Position numbers and translations under genes: made by a program. Below are positions 33,511-42,883 of a stretch of DNA of 51,837 bases, piece by piece. The notes beneath the pieces were generated by a model that ran no database searches, was not told the origin of the DNA, and saw only the letters and a list, made by a program, of their open reading frames with translations. Positions within the stretch are counted from its first letter, which is position 1; every line of letters starts with the position of its first letter. The DNA is from Bacteroidales bacterium (GTDB lineage: Bacteria > Bacteroidota > Bacteroidia > Bacteroidales > B18-G4). The DNA is taken from the NCBI GenBank assembly GCA_040775045.1, contig JAXGTH010000003.1:1-51837 (forward strand), given 5' to 3'.

Positions 33511-35327
33511 TGCCTGATATCATAAAGCTCCTTCCCGATGCAGTAGCAAACCAGATCGCAGCAGGAGAGGTCATCCAGCGGCCTGCCTCTGCTGTAAAGG
33601 AGTTGCTCGAAAATGCCGTTGATGCAGGTGCCGACGACATACAGCTTATCGTCAAGGATGCCGGCCGCACCCTGATACAGCTGGTCGACAACGGCTGCGG
33701 AATGTCGGTCACGGATGCCCGCATGAGCTTTGAAAGGCATGCCACCTCGAAGATCAGCGATGCACGCGATCTGTTTGCCATCCGAACCCTTGGTTTCAGG
33801 GGCGAAGCACTGGCCTCCATCGCAGCCATCGCACAGATCGAACTCAAAACAAAGAAACACGAGGATGATATGGGCACCCTGATCCGCATCGAGGGTTCAA
33901 GGCTTGTCGAACAGCTGCCCTGCCCTGCTGCCAATGGTACGAGTATCGCTGTGAAAAACCTCTTCTTCAATGTACCCGCCAGGCGAAACTTTCTGAAATC
34001 GAATACTGCCGAGTTGCGTCATATTACCGATGAATTCCTGAGGGTAGCCCTTGCCAATACCGGTATCTCCTTTTCCTTCCAGGCCAACAACAAGCTGATC
34101 TATCAACTCAAGAAATCGGGGCTCAAGGAACGTATCATTGCAATATACGGTAAAAGTTACAGGGAAAGGCTGGTACCTGTTGAGCAACAGTCCAGCATCG
34201 CAAATATCAGCGGGTTTATCGGCAAGCCGGAATTTGCACGAAAGACCAGGGGTGAACAGTTCTTTTTCGTCAACGGACGCTATATCCGGCACCCGTATCT
34301 TCATCATTCGGTTGAGCAGGCTTTCCAGGAGTTACTCCCTTCAGATTCCTTTCCTTCGTATTTCATTTTTATCGAAACCCAGCCCGACAGGATCGATATC
34401 AATATCCACCCTACAAAGACCGAAGTGAATTTCCAGGACCAGCAGCATGTTTATGCCATCCTTAAGTCGGCTGTAAAACAAGCCCTGGGAAAATTCAACA
34501 TCACACCTGCCATCGACTTCGATGTTGAGCAAAGCCTTTCATTCAGGCCCCCGGACAAAGAGGCACCGGTAAAAAACCCGTTTGAAAAGCCTGAAAGCAA
34601 TTTCAACCCTTTTGAAACGGAGAAAGGCACGCCACAGCCGAGGCGCATGGACGAACGCGAACGGGTGAACCGCGACAACTGGCAAATACTTTTTGCCGAT
34701 CAACCCGACGGGACAGATAGCGGAGAACAAGCGGGGATGTTCCCGACGGAAGAACATATGATCCCGGGGGCGGGATTGTTGCAATATGCCGGGCGATACC
34801 TGGTCACTACGACACGTTCAGGACTGGTGGTGATCGATCAGCGAAGGGCACTGGAGCGTTTGCTCTACGACCGCTTCATGGCAGGGATGGCTTCAGGGAA
34901 GACCGCCAGCCAGCAGGAACTTTTTCCCCAGCAGTTCTCCTATGCGCACAGCGACGCAGAGATCATACGCGAGCTTAAACCAACACTCGAACTGATCGGC
35001 TTCAGCATCAACGACCTGGGAAAGAATACTTTCGTGGTTACCGGTATCCCTACTGAAGCAATGAACAAAAACATAAAGGAATTGTTGGACAAAATACTTG
35101 ATAATCATAAGAAAAACCTGCTTGACCTTGACCAGGATTTCAGGGCAGGCCTTGCCAGGACCATGGCGGTGAACCTCTCCGCCAGGCCTGACAGGACGCT
35201 GGCCCGTGAGGAGATGGAAGCCATGATCAGCCAGCTGTTCAGCAGCAGCATGCCGGAGATGTCGCCATCAGGAAAAAGGATCATCAGCATCCTGAAAGAA
35301 GAAGATGTTGAAAAGCTGTTTAAATAA
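33510..35327 (+). CDS. mutL: DNA mismatch repair protein MutL
   Basis: The N-terminal GHKL ATPase motifs (IAAGEVIQRPASAVKELLENAVDAGA, DNGCGM, TLGFRGEAL) and a C-terminal dimerisation domain; 605 aa. Confidence 0.95.
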   Translation: MPDIIKLLPDAVANQIAAGEVIQRPASAVKELLENAVDAGADDIQLIVKDAGRTLIQLVDNGCGMSVTDARMSFERHATSKISDARDLFAIRTLGFRGEALASIAAIAQIELKTKKHEDDMGTLIRIEGSRLVEQLPCPAANGTSIAVKNLFFNVPARRNFLKSNTAELRHITDEFLRVALANTGISFSFQANNKLIYQLKKSGLKERIIAIYGKSYRERLVPVEQQSSIANISGFIGKPEFARKTRGEQFFFVNGRYIRHPYLHHSVEQAFQELLPSDSFPSYFIFIETQPDRIDINIHPTKTEVNFQDQQHVYAILKSAVKQALGKFNITPAIDFDVEQSLSFRPPDKEAPVKNPFEKPESNFNPFETEKGTPQPRRMDERERVNRDNWQILFADQPDGTDSGEQAGMFPTEEHMIPGAGLLQYAGRYLVTTTRSGLVVIDQRRALERLLYDRFMAGMASGKTASQQELFPQQFSYAHSDAEIIRELKPTLELIGFSINDLGKNTFVVTGIPTEAMNKNIKELLDKILDNHKKNLLDLDQDFRAGLARTMAVNLSARPDRTLAREEMEAMISQLFSSSMPEMSPSGKRIISILKEEDVEKLFK

Positions 35328-35335
35328 ACCATAAC

Positions 35336-36064
35336 ATGAGTGTTAACCAAACATACAGGAGCCGGGGATTCGGGGGTATGCCACCCGTAGTGCTGAACCT
35401 AATTATCATCAACACGCTCTTCCTGCTCGTAACCACACTTTTTCAGGAAAGGATAAACCTGTACGACCTGCTCGGGCTTCACTATTTCGCATCGCCCAGG
35501 TTCGAAACCTGGCAGTTCGTATCTTATATGTTCATGCACGGAGGGTTTTATCACCTGCTTTTCAATATGTTCGCCCTGTGGATGTTCGGTTCTGTGCTTG
35601 AACATGTCTGGGGCCCCAAGCGCTTCCTCACCTTTTACATGGTCACGGGCATAGGCGCCGGGCTCGTCCAGTTGCTGGTGGCCTTCATTACGATCCGTTC
35701 ACTGGAGGCGAACATGAGCCCTGAAGAGATCAGTGCAACCTACCAGGGGCTGTCACTACAGGGCGGGCAGATCACGGAAATGATGCAATCCCTGTACAAT
35801 ACCATTAATACGCCTACCGTAGGGGCCTCCGGTGCAGTGTTCGGTATCCTGCTCGCTTTCGGCATGCTTTTCCCGAACACCCTGATCTACGTTTTCTTCG
35901 CCATACCCATTAAAGCCAAGTACTTTGTGATGATATACGGTGCAGCGGAACTGGTTTTCGGTGTGACCGGCACTTCCGACGGGATCGCGCACTTTGCGCA
36001 TCTCGGCGGCATGGCCTTTGGTTATTTCCTGATCGTGTACTGGAGAAGGAAGGGGTATTATTAG
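35336..36064 (+). CDS. Rhomboid-family intramembrane serine protease
   Basis: HGGFYHLLFNM, catalytic GASGAVFG and downstream AHLGG. Confidence 0.85.
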   Translation: MSVNQTYRSRGFGGMPPVVLNLIIINTLFLLVTTLFQERINLYDLLGLHYFASPRFETWQFVSYMFMHGGFYHLLFNMFALWMFGSVLEHVWGPKRFLTFYMVTGIGAGLVQLLVAFITIRSLEANMSPEEISATYQGLSLQGGQITEMMQSLYNTINTPTVGASGAVFGILLAFGMLFPNTLIYVFFAIPIKAKYFVMIYGAAELVFGVTGTSDGIAHFAHLGGMAFGYFLIVYWRRKGYY

Positions 36065-36065
36065 T

Positions 36066-36093
36066 GGCGGTGGGCGATGGGCGATAGGCGATG
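36066..36093. repeat. Four tandem heptamers GGCGGTG-GGCGATG-GGCGATA-GGCGATG
   Basis: Read directly. It starts 2 nt after the stop of the first rhomboid gene. Confidence 0.75.
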
Positions 36094-36152
36094 GGTTGAA
36101 GGCATAAAGTGTGAGATAAAGGAAATACAGTCAAAATACCAACACGGAGAAG

Positions 36153-37079
36153 ATGGACCAGTATTATCAGCAACAACGGCCAAATCCGATGGAAGACCTC
36201 AGGCGGTTCTTCCGTAAAAGCGGTTTACTTCCCCGGCTAATCATCATCAATGTGGGCATATGGTTGCTGGCCCAGATCGCCTTTGTGGCCGGATGGGCTT
36301 TCAATCTGCCGGAAACTTCCGTCGAACAGTTTATCCTTGAATATTTTGCGCTGCCCGCCAGTACCGGCCTCCTGATCACGAGGCCATGGACACTGTTCAC
36401 CTATATGTTCCTTCACACCAGCTTCTGGCATATCCTTTTCAATATGCTGTGGCTCTACTGGTTTGGCAGGATATTTTCACAGTACCTCAGCCAGCGCCAG
36501 CTCCTCACCACATATATCTTCGGTGGTTTGGCCGGCGGGCTGCTTTATATCTTGGCGTACAACCTCTTCCCGGTGTTCAGCGAAGTGCTGCCCCAGGCCA
36601 GGGCCCTGGGGGCGAGTGCCTCGGTAATGGGCATCGTGGCGGCCATCTCCCTATATGTACCGAATTATACCATTGCCCTGATCTTCTTTGGAAGGGTAAA
36701 GATCTTCTACCTGGCACTCGCCGTCTTCGTGCTCGACTTCTTCATGATCCGCCATGGAAATGCCGGTGGGCATATCGCCCATATCGGAGGGGCTGTTTAT
36801 GGTTTTTTCTTTATTTATTATCTTCGCAGGGGGCGCGACCTCAGCAGGTTTTTCCCCAGGCTGGGCAAGCTTTCCTGGAAAAAGCCCTCATACGGAAGCC
36901 GGAAAAGGCGAACCAAAACATCCGGACAGGAACGGCCGTTGACCGATGAAGAATACAACAGGCAACGGGCCGAAAAGCAAAAAAAGATCGATGAGATCCT
37001 CGACAAGATATCCCGCTCGGGTTACGACAGCCTGAGCAAGGAGGAAAAGGAACTACTGTTCAACAGCAACAAAAAATAA
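36153..37079 (+). CDS. Rhomboid-family intramembrane serine protease paralog with an ~85-aa charged C-terminal extension
   Basis: HTSFWHILFNM, GASASVMG and AHIGG. The C-terminal tail reads ...RKRRTKTSGQERPLTDEEYNRQRAEKQKKIDEILDKISRSGYDSLSKEEKELLF. Confidence 0.85.
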   Translation: MDQYYQQQRPNPMEDLRRFFRKSGLLPRLIIINVGIWLLAQIAFVAGWAFNLPETSVEQFILEYFALPASTGLLITRPWTLFTYMFLHTSFWHILFNMLWLYWFGRIFSQYLSQRQLLTTYIFGGLAGGLLYILAYNLFPVFSEVLPQARALGASASVMGIVAAISLYVPNYTIALIFFGRVKIFYLALAVFVLDFFMIRHGNAGGHIAHIGGAVYGFFFIYYLRRGRDLSRFFPRLGKLSWKKPSYGSRKRRTKTSGQERPLTDEEYNRQRAEKQKKIDEILDKISRSGYDSLSKEEKELLFNSNKK

Positions 37080-37084
37080 TTCAT

Positions 37085-38701
37085 ATGAGAACAACGCTAC
37101 TGATATTCCTTCTGTTGGTCTTTATAACCTCAATGATATATTCGCAGGATAACGAACTGCATGCCTTCACCCTTGATCATCATGGGATCTACCCCATGAA
37201 GGACCTTTCTGACAGTCCCTTATATCTCAATTATAACATCTCTTCAGAGGCTACACCCCAAAACGAGCCCAGCATCAGGATCAGCCGCAACGATCCCGAT
37301 GTAGTGGTTGCTGCCTGGAGGGATTTCCGCCTGGGCTGGGAGGAACCGAACGTGGTGAGGCGTATCGGCTACGCATGGTCGCACGACGGCGGCCTCACAT
37401 GGTCGGAAAGCCAGCTCCTCCCCGACCCCCTGCCCAACCATCTTTCGCAAAGCGATCCCGTTCTCACCAGCGACTCGGAAGGGAACTTCTATCTCAGCAG
37501 CACGTCGCGCCAGCCGGTGGTAAATTACAACCGGGATATGCTGCTCTACAAATCGACGGACAACGGGGTCACTTTCCAGCTCCATGCCGTGGCCGTGCCG
37601 GGCAGCGGATCGCAGGGTGAAGACAAGGAATGGATCTTTTGTGATCCCGTAGAAGAAAATGACACCTACGACAACATCATGATGGTTTGGAAAAGCTTCG
37701 GGCCTATCCCAAAGATCAAATTCAGCCAGTCGGGCCCGGGGGGCGACAGCTGGGGGCCAAGCATCCTGGTTGGTGACAATTACGGGGGGCAGGGCGCCAA
37801 TGTGGCTACGGGAACCAACGGTACCATATACGTGGTCTGGTGGGATACCGGTGTGAAATTCGACCGTTCACTCAACGGGGGTAGCAGCTTTGGCACCGAT
37901 ACCTGGATCAGTTCCTACAGCTCTCAATACAATACCAGTTTCCCCTTTATTTGCGTCGACTACTCCGATGGGCCATACCGGGGCAATGTATATGTGGTGT
38001 GGGCCGACAGGCGCAACGGCAACGATGATATATGGTTCCAGCGCTCTACAGACCATGGCGACACCTGGCTGACACAACCCATCATGGTGAACGATGTGGC
38101 CGTCAACCAGCAATACTGGCCCTCCATTCAATGCGATGAGAACGGACGGGTCGTAGTTGTTTACTACGATGAACGCGAAGGTCCGGGACAGATGAATGCA
38201 TACCTGGCATATTCCGATGATGAGGGCGATACCTGGACGAACAGCAGGCTCAGCGACTTGACCTTCAACGGAAACACACCCAACAGCAATGTTCGTTTCG
38301 GTGATTATATCCATATCGACGCTTATAATGGCAAGATCATCCCCGTATGGACGGATGACAGGGCCGGCAATTACGACCAGGAGATCTATACGGCTGTGGT
38401 CGAGATACCGGTATCGGTCGCCGAAACAGTTAGTGGAAATGAAACATTTACCCTTTACCCGAACTATCCAAACCCGTTCAGCGGCAGCACGACACTGAAA
38501 TTTGCAACCCGGGAGCGGATGCAGGTAAGCATCATGGTATACAGTTCCGCCGGACAACTTGTCGGCACGCCCGTAGACCAGATGATGGACGAAGGCATCC
38601 ACCATTACCGGTGGTCAGGCACGGAGCTTGCCCCCGGGATCTACACCCTCAAAGTACTGGCGGGAAATTCAGTGTCGTACCTTAAAATGTTGCATTACTA
38701 G
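37085..38701 (+). CDS. Secreted BNR/Asp-box repeat (sialidase-fold-like) protein with a T9SS C-terminal sorting domain
   Basis: Signal peptide. Four Asp-boxes: SHDGGLTW, STDNGVTF, STDHGDTW, SDDEGDTW. The last ~80 aa (…FTLYPNYPNPFSGSTTLKF…GIYTLKV…) match the Por secretion tail. Confidence 0.8.
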   Translation: MRTTLLIFLLLVFITSMIYSQDNELHAFTLDHHGIYPMKDLSDSPLYLNYNISSEATPQNEPSIRISRNDPDVVVAAWRDFRLGWEEPNVVRRIGYAWSHDGGLTWSESQLLPDPLPNHLSQSDPVLTSDSEGNFYLSSTSRQPVVNYNRDMLLYKSTDNGVTFQLHAVAVPGSGSQGEDKEWIFCDPVEENDTYDNIMMVWKSFGPIPKIKFSQSGPGGDSWGPSILVGDNYGGQGANVATGTNGTIYVVWWDTGVKFDRSLNGGSSFGTDTWISSYSSQYNTSFPFICVDYSDGPYRGNVYVVWADRRNGNDDIWFQRSTDHGDTWLTQPIMVNDVAVNQQYWPSIQCDENGRVVVVYYDEREGPGQMNAYLAYSDDEGDTWTNSRLSDLTFNGNTPNSNVRFGDYIHIDAYNGKIIPVWTDDRAGNYDQEIYTAVVEIPVSVAETVSGNETFTLYPNYPNPFSGSTTLKFATRERMQVSIMVYSSAGQLVGTPVDQMMDEGIHHYRWSGTELAPGIYTLKVLAGNSVSYLKMLHY

Positions 38702-38713
38702 CTTATCCCTTTT

Positions 38714-39844
38714 ATGGTTAGCAGGAGTAAGGAACGAAAAAGACCCGGGATCATAGGCCGGATATTGTGGATCATCAATATCCTTGCCGCCATATCCCTA
38801 TTGGCCTCCTACTTCTCCTATTATGTTGATCCTGCAATTACCACGCTTTTTGCTTTTCTTGGACTGGCATACCCGATCCTGTTATTGCTCAACATTCTTT
38901 TCGTTTTGTACTGGCTGATCAGGCTCAGGCGCAGGCTTCTGCTCTCGGTCATCATCCTTGCTGCCGGCTTCCAGCCCCTGACAAGATATATACAACTATT
39001 CCCGGGGGAGCCTGCACCCGACGAAAAAAGCGTTTCAGTATTGAGCTACAACGTGCAGAATATGGCTCACAGCAACGACGGAGAGGAAAAGGCCGGTGTA
39101 CGGAATGCCATACTGGATTTTATTACTTCAGAGAAGGCTGATATTACCTGCATACAGGAGTTTTCGGGAATGGGCACCGGTTCGGAAGGTGCACTGGAAA
39201 ACCTCAGATCGCTTACCGGATATGAGTACTGCTATCATGCAGATTACTTTGCGCGCCCTTCAGGCCGGACCTATGCCCTGGTCATCCTGAGCCGGTTTCC
39301 CGCAACCGGTACCCGAGCCCTTTCCCTGCCTGGTGAAGACCATAACTTTGGCTTCTATGCCGACCTATTGATCCATGGCGATACGATCAGGATCTATAAC
39401 CTTCATCTTGAATCGATCAGGTTTCAGCAAAGCGATTACCGCTTTGTGGAAGAGGTGAGCAAGGGCAAGGCAGAGCAGGGTTTGATTGGCGAAGGTTCGC
39501 GGAGGATTACCAGGAAGTTGCACCATGCTTTTATCAAGCGATCCAGGCAGGCTAGCGTGGTGGTCAGCAGTCTGTCAACCAGCCCTTACCCTGTGATCGT
39601 GTGCGGCGATTTCAACGATACTCCCCTGTCATACGCCTATCACAAAATATCAAGAGGTCTTGTTGATGCTTTCGTGCAGTCAGGCCGGGGCCTGGGAAAC
39701 ACTTTTTCGGGTAAACTCCCTCCCCTGCGTATCGATTTCATCCTTACCTCCCCACACCTCACATCACATGATTTTAAGGTTCACGGGATCAGGCAGTCCG
39801 ATCACTATCCCATCAGCGCCATAATCACGGTCAGGGGCGATTGA
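38714..39844 (+). CDS. Endonuclease/exonuclease/phosphatase (EEP) family protein with an N-terminal membrane anchor
   Basis: Three N-terminal TM helices, then EEP motifs (VLSYNVQN, ...CIQEF, VCGDFND, SDHYPI). Confidence 0.8.
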   Translation: MVSRSKERKRPGIIGRILWIINILAAISLLASYFSYYVDPAITTLFAFLGLAYPILLLLNILFVLYWLIRLRRRLLLSVIILAAGFQPLTRYIQLFPGEPAPDEKSVSVLSYNVQNMAHSNDGEEKAGVRNAILDFITSEKADITCIQEFSGMGTGSEGALENLRSLTGYEYCYHADYFARPSGRTYALVILSRFPATGTRALSLPGEDHNFGFYADLLIHGDTIRIYNLHLESIRFQQSDYRFVEEVSKGKAEQGLIGEGSRRITRKLHHAFIKRSRQASVVVSSLSTSPYPVIVCGDFNDTPLSYAYHKISRGLVDAFVQSGRGLGNTFSGKLPPLRIDFILTSPHLTSHDFKVHGIRQSDHYPISAIITVRGD

Positions 39845-39889
39845 TCATCCTCTCACGACGGTATTTTCACGAAATGTTAGGCCTCATTG

Positions 39890-39908
39890 CAGCACGGAAG
39901 GGGTGCTG
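39890..39908 (+). terminator. Weak terminator-like hairpin after the mutL-to-EEP gene string
   Basis: 6-bp stem CAGCAC/GTGCTG with a 7-nt loop, followed by GGTTTAATTT. It is short, so confidence is low. Confidence 0.3.
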
Positions 39909-39920
39909 GGTTTAATTTGC

Positions 39921-39928
39921 TATTTTTG
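39921..39928 (+). promoter_or_regulatory. -7 promoter box TATTTTTG for uvrB
   Basis: Exact TAnnTTTG, 14 nt upstream of ATG 39943. Confidence 0.55.
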
Positions 39929-39942
39929 CAAAAATCCATCCC

Positions 39943-41973
39943 ATGAAATTGAAGCTCATTTCCGATTTCCGGCCCACGGGCGACCAGCCGGAGGCCATCA
40001 GGCAACTGGTGGAAGGCATCGGAAGAGGTGACCCCGCACAGGTATTGCTGGGTGTCACGGGATCAGGAAAGACCTTCACCATTGCCAATATGCTCAGCGA
40101 AGTGGACAGGCCGGCACTGGTGCTCAGCCATAACAAGACCCTGGCGGCCCAGCTCTACGGTGAATTCAGGCAGTTCTTCCCTGAGAATGCGGTTGAATAT
40201 TTCGTTTCATATTACGACTACTACCAGCCCGAAGCATACATCCCGGTTACCAACACCTATATTGAGAAAGACCTGTCGATCAATGAAGAGATCGACAAGC
40301 TGCGGCTCAGTACTTCATCAAGCCTGCTTTCGGGGCGCAGGGACGTGATCGTGGTGTCTTCGGTATCCTGTATCTACGGCATCGGAAATCCTGATGATTT
40401 TACCCGGAATGTGATCCGCATAGCCGTGGGCGAAAAGGTTGCCCGCAACAAGTTCCTGTTCCAGCTCGTCAACAGCCTGTATTCGAGGACCGAGAGCGAT
40501 TTCAGCAGGGGTCGCTTCAGGGTCAGGGGGGATACGGTAGATATCTTTCCCGCTTATGCTGATTTTGCCTTCAGGATCATCTTCTTTGGCGATGAAATAG
40601 AAAGTATTGAAACCTTCGACCCCGTCAATGGCAAGAGCATGAGCAGGCCCGACAGCATCGCCATCTATCCCGCCAATGTTTTTGTGACCTCGCAGGATAA
40701 GATGAAGGATGCCCTTATGGAGATACAGGACGACATGGTCCGCCAGGTAGCATACTTTAAGGAATCGGGCAAGCATCTGGAAGCCAAGAGACTGGAGGAC
40801 AGGGTATCCTACGACATTGAAATGATGCGTGAGCTGGGGTATTGTTCGGGAATTGAAAACTATTCCAGGTATTTCGACGGCAGGGCACCCGGCTCCAGGC
40901 CGTTCTGCCTGATCGACTATTTCCCCGACGATTTTCTTCTGATCATCGACGAAAGCCATGTGACCATACCTCAGATCAGGGCCATGTACGGGGGCGACAG
41001 GTCAAGAAAGCAGACGCTGGTCGAATACGGGTTCAGGCTCCCTTCGGCCCTCGACAACAGGCCGCTGAAATTCGACGAGTTCGAACGTGTAACCGGCCAG
41101 ACGATCTATGTGAGCGCCACGCCGGCCGATTATGAGCTGCAGCGGTCAGAAGGTGTTGTGGTGGAACAGCTTATCCGTCCCACCGGTCTCCTCGACCCGG
41201 AGATCGAAGTCAGGCCAAGCGCAAACCAGATCGACGACCTCCTTGAAGAGATCGACAGGGTGATCGGCAAGGGCGACCGCGTGCTGGTGACTACCCTCAC
41301 AAAAAGAATGGCCGAAGAGCTCACAAAATACCTTTCTGACCTCAGCATTAAGTGCCGGTATATCCACTCCGAGGTGGATACCCTTGACCGGGTGGAGATC
41401 ATGAGGGGCTTGAGGCTTGGTGAATTCGATGTGCTGATCGGCGTAAACCTCTTGAGGGAAGGACTCGACCTGCCGGAAGTGGCACTGGTGGCCATCCTCG
41501 ATGCCGACAAGGAAGGCTTCCTGCGTTCTGAACGTTCACTCACGCAAACGGCAGGCCGTGCAGCCAGGAACCTGGAGAGCAAGGTGATCATGTATGCCGA
41601 CAGGATCACGGAATCGATGCAGAAGACCATTGACGAAACTGACAGAAGAAGAGACAAACAGCTGAAATACAATGAAGAACACCGCATCACCCCGGCATCG
41701 ATAAGGAGGTCGGTGGAGGCGATCATGGGACAGACGGCTGTCGCCGATGCCATGAAAAGAGAGAAAGGAGCCTATGTGGAAAAAGCAAAAGCAGATCTTG
41801 CCGCCGATCCCGTGATCAGGTATATGGACCAAAACCAGCTTGAAAAAGCCATTCTCAGGACAAGAAAGGAGATCGAGCAGGTGGTCAGGGAACTTAATTT
41901 CGTAGAGGCTGCGAGACTCCGCGACGAAATGATGGAGATGGAAGAAATGCTGGCAAAAATGAAGGAGAACTGA
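39943..41973 (+). CDS. uvrB: Excinuclease ABC subunit B
   Basis: Canonical UvrB: MKLKLISDFRPTGDQPEAI, Walker A GVTGSGKT, DESH box, helicase motifs and the C-terminal UVR domain (…FVEAARLRDEM…); 676 aa. Confidence 0.97.
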   Translation: MKLKLISDFRPTGDQPEAIRQLVEGIGRGDPAQVLLGVTGSGKTFTIANMLSEVDRPALVLSHNKTLAAQLYGEFRQFFPENAVEYFVSYYDYYQPEAYIPVTNTYIEKDLSINEEIDKLRLSTSSSLLSGRRDVIVVSSVSCIYGIGNPDDFTRNVIRIAVGEKVARNKFLFQLVNSLYSRTESDFSRGRFRVRGDTVDIFPAYADFAFRIIFFGDEIESIETFDPVNGKSMSRPDSIAIYPANVFVTSQDKMKDALMEIQDDMVRQVAYFKESGKHLEAKRLEDRVSYDIEMMRELGYCSGIENYSRYFDGRAPGSRPFCLIDYFPDDFLLIIDESHVTIPQIRAMYGGDRSRKQTLVEYGFRLPSALDNRPLKFDEFERVTGQTIYVSATPADYELQRSEGVVVEQLIRPTGLLDPEIEVRPSANQIDDLLEEIDRVIGKGDRVLVTTLTKRMAEELTKYLSDLSIKCRYIHSEVDTLDRVEIMRGLRLGEFDVLIGVNLLREGLDLPEVALVAILDADKEGFLRSERSLTQTAGRAARNLESKVIMYADRITESMQKTIDETDRRRDKQLKYNEEHRITPASIRRSVEAIMGQTAVADAMKREKGAYVEKAKADLAADPVIRYMDQNQLEKAILRTRKEIEQVVRELNFVEAARLRDEMMEMEEMLAKMKEN

Positions 41974-41975
41974 TC

Positions 41976-42812
41976 ATGAATACCATGCCTGATGATCAAC
42001 GCATGAACATGCTCATGTGGGAAGCGGTAAAGGTCTCCATAAAAGCGGGGAAAGCCATCCTCGACATATACGGATCCGACTTTTCAGTTAGCAGCAAAGC
42101 CGACAAGAGCCCGCTCACCAGGGCCGATATGGCATCGCATGCGCTCATCACACAAGCCCTTATAAATACAGGTTTGCCCATCCTGAGCGAGGAAGGACGG
42201 GAAATCCCCTGGAGCAAGAGGTCGTCGTGGAACGCTTTCTGGTTGGTAGACCCGTTGGATGGCACGAAGGAATTCGTAAACCGAAACGGCGATTTTACCG
42301 TAAATATCGCATATATTGAAGGTGGATTTCCCTGTGCCGGCGTGATCTATATCCCCGTTACGGATGAACTTTACCTGGGCATGGGGGTTGCCGGGGCCTT
42401 TAAATTTTCCGGTGCTGAAAAACTGCTGGAAAGATCCTCGGGGATGGGGTCCTTCCTGGGAAGCGGGCAGCGCCTGCAGTCCGAACACGGCAAAAGGAGC
42501 TACACCGTTGTGGGCAGCCGCTCACATATGAACAGCGAAACGGAAGCATTCATACTGGAATTGAGAAAATCGCACGGACATATCGATTTCATGTCGCGTG
42601 GCAGTTCCCTGAAGATCTGTATGGTAGCCGAAGGCAGAGCAGACATCTATCCCCGTTTTGCTCCCACCATGGAATGGGATACCGCTGCCGGGCAGGCCGT
42701 GGCAGAAGCTGCCGGGGCTGTTGTGGTCGATGCCACTACTGGGGAAAGACTCCGGTATAACAAACCGGAACTCCTGAATCCATGGTTTATCGTACGGCAT
42801 GCAGGCAAATAA
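41976..42812 (+). CDS. cysQ: 3'(2'),5'-bisphosphate nucleotidase (inositol monophosphatase superfamily)
   Basis: SEE...WLVDPLDGTKEF and WDTAAG motifs; 278 aa. Confidence 0.8.
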   Translation: MNTMPDDQRMNMLMWEAVKVSIKAGKAILDIYGSDFSVSSKADKSPLTRADMASHALITQALINTGLPILSEEGREIPWSKRSSWNAFWLVDPLDGTKEFVNRNGDFTVNIAYIEGGFPCAGVIYIPVTDELYLGMGVAGAFKFSGAEKLLERSSGMGSFLGSGQRLQSEHGKRSYTVVGSRSHMNSETEAFILELRKSHGHIDFMSRGSSLKICMVAEGRADIYPRFAPTMEWDTAAGQAVAEAAGAVVVDATTGERLRYNKPELLNPWFIVRHAGK

Positions 42813-42817
42813 AAAAA

Positions 42818-42859
42818 GCTGTCCCACAGTCCTTCCGGAAAAGGAATCTGTGGGACAGC
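42818..42859 (-). terminator. Strong hairpin terminator between cysQ and the FKBP gene (convergent pair)
   Basis: Perfect 12-bp stem GCTGTCCCACAG / CTGTGGGACAGC. A run of seven A on the plus strand flanks it, giving a U-tail for the minus-strand transcript. Confidence 0.75.
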
Positions 42860-42883
42860 CTTCAATTGATCTATCGGGGTATC

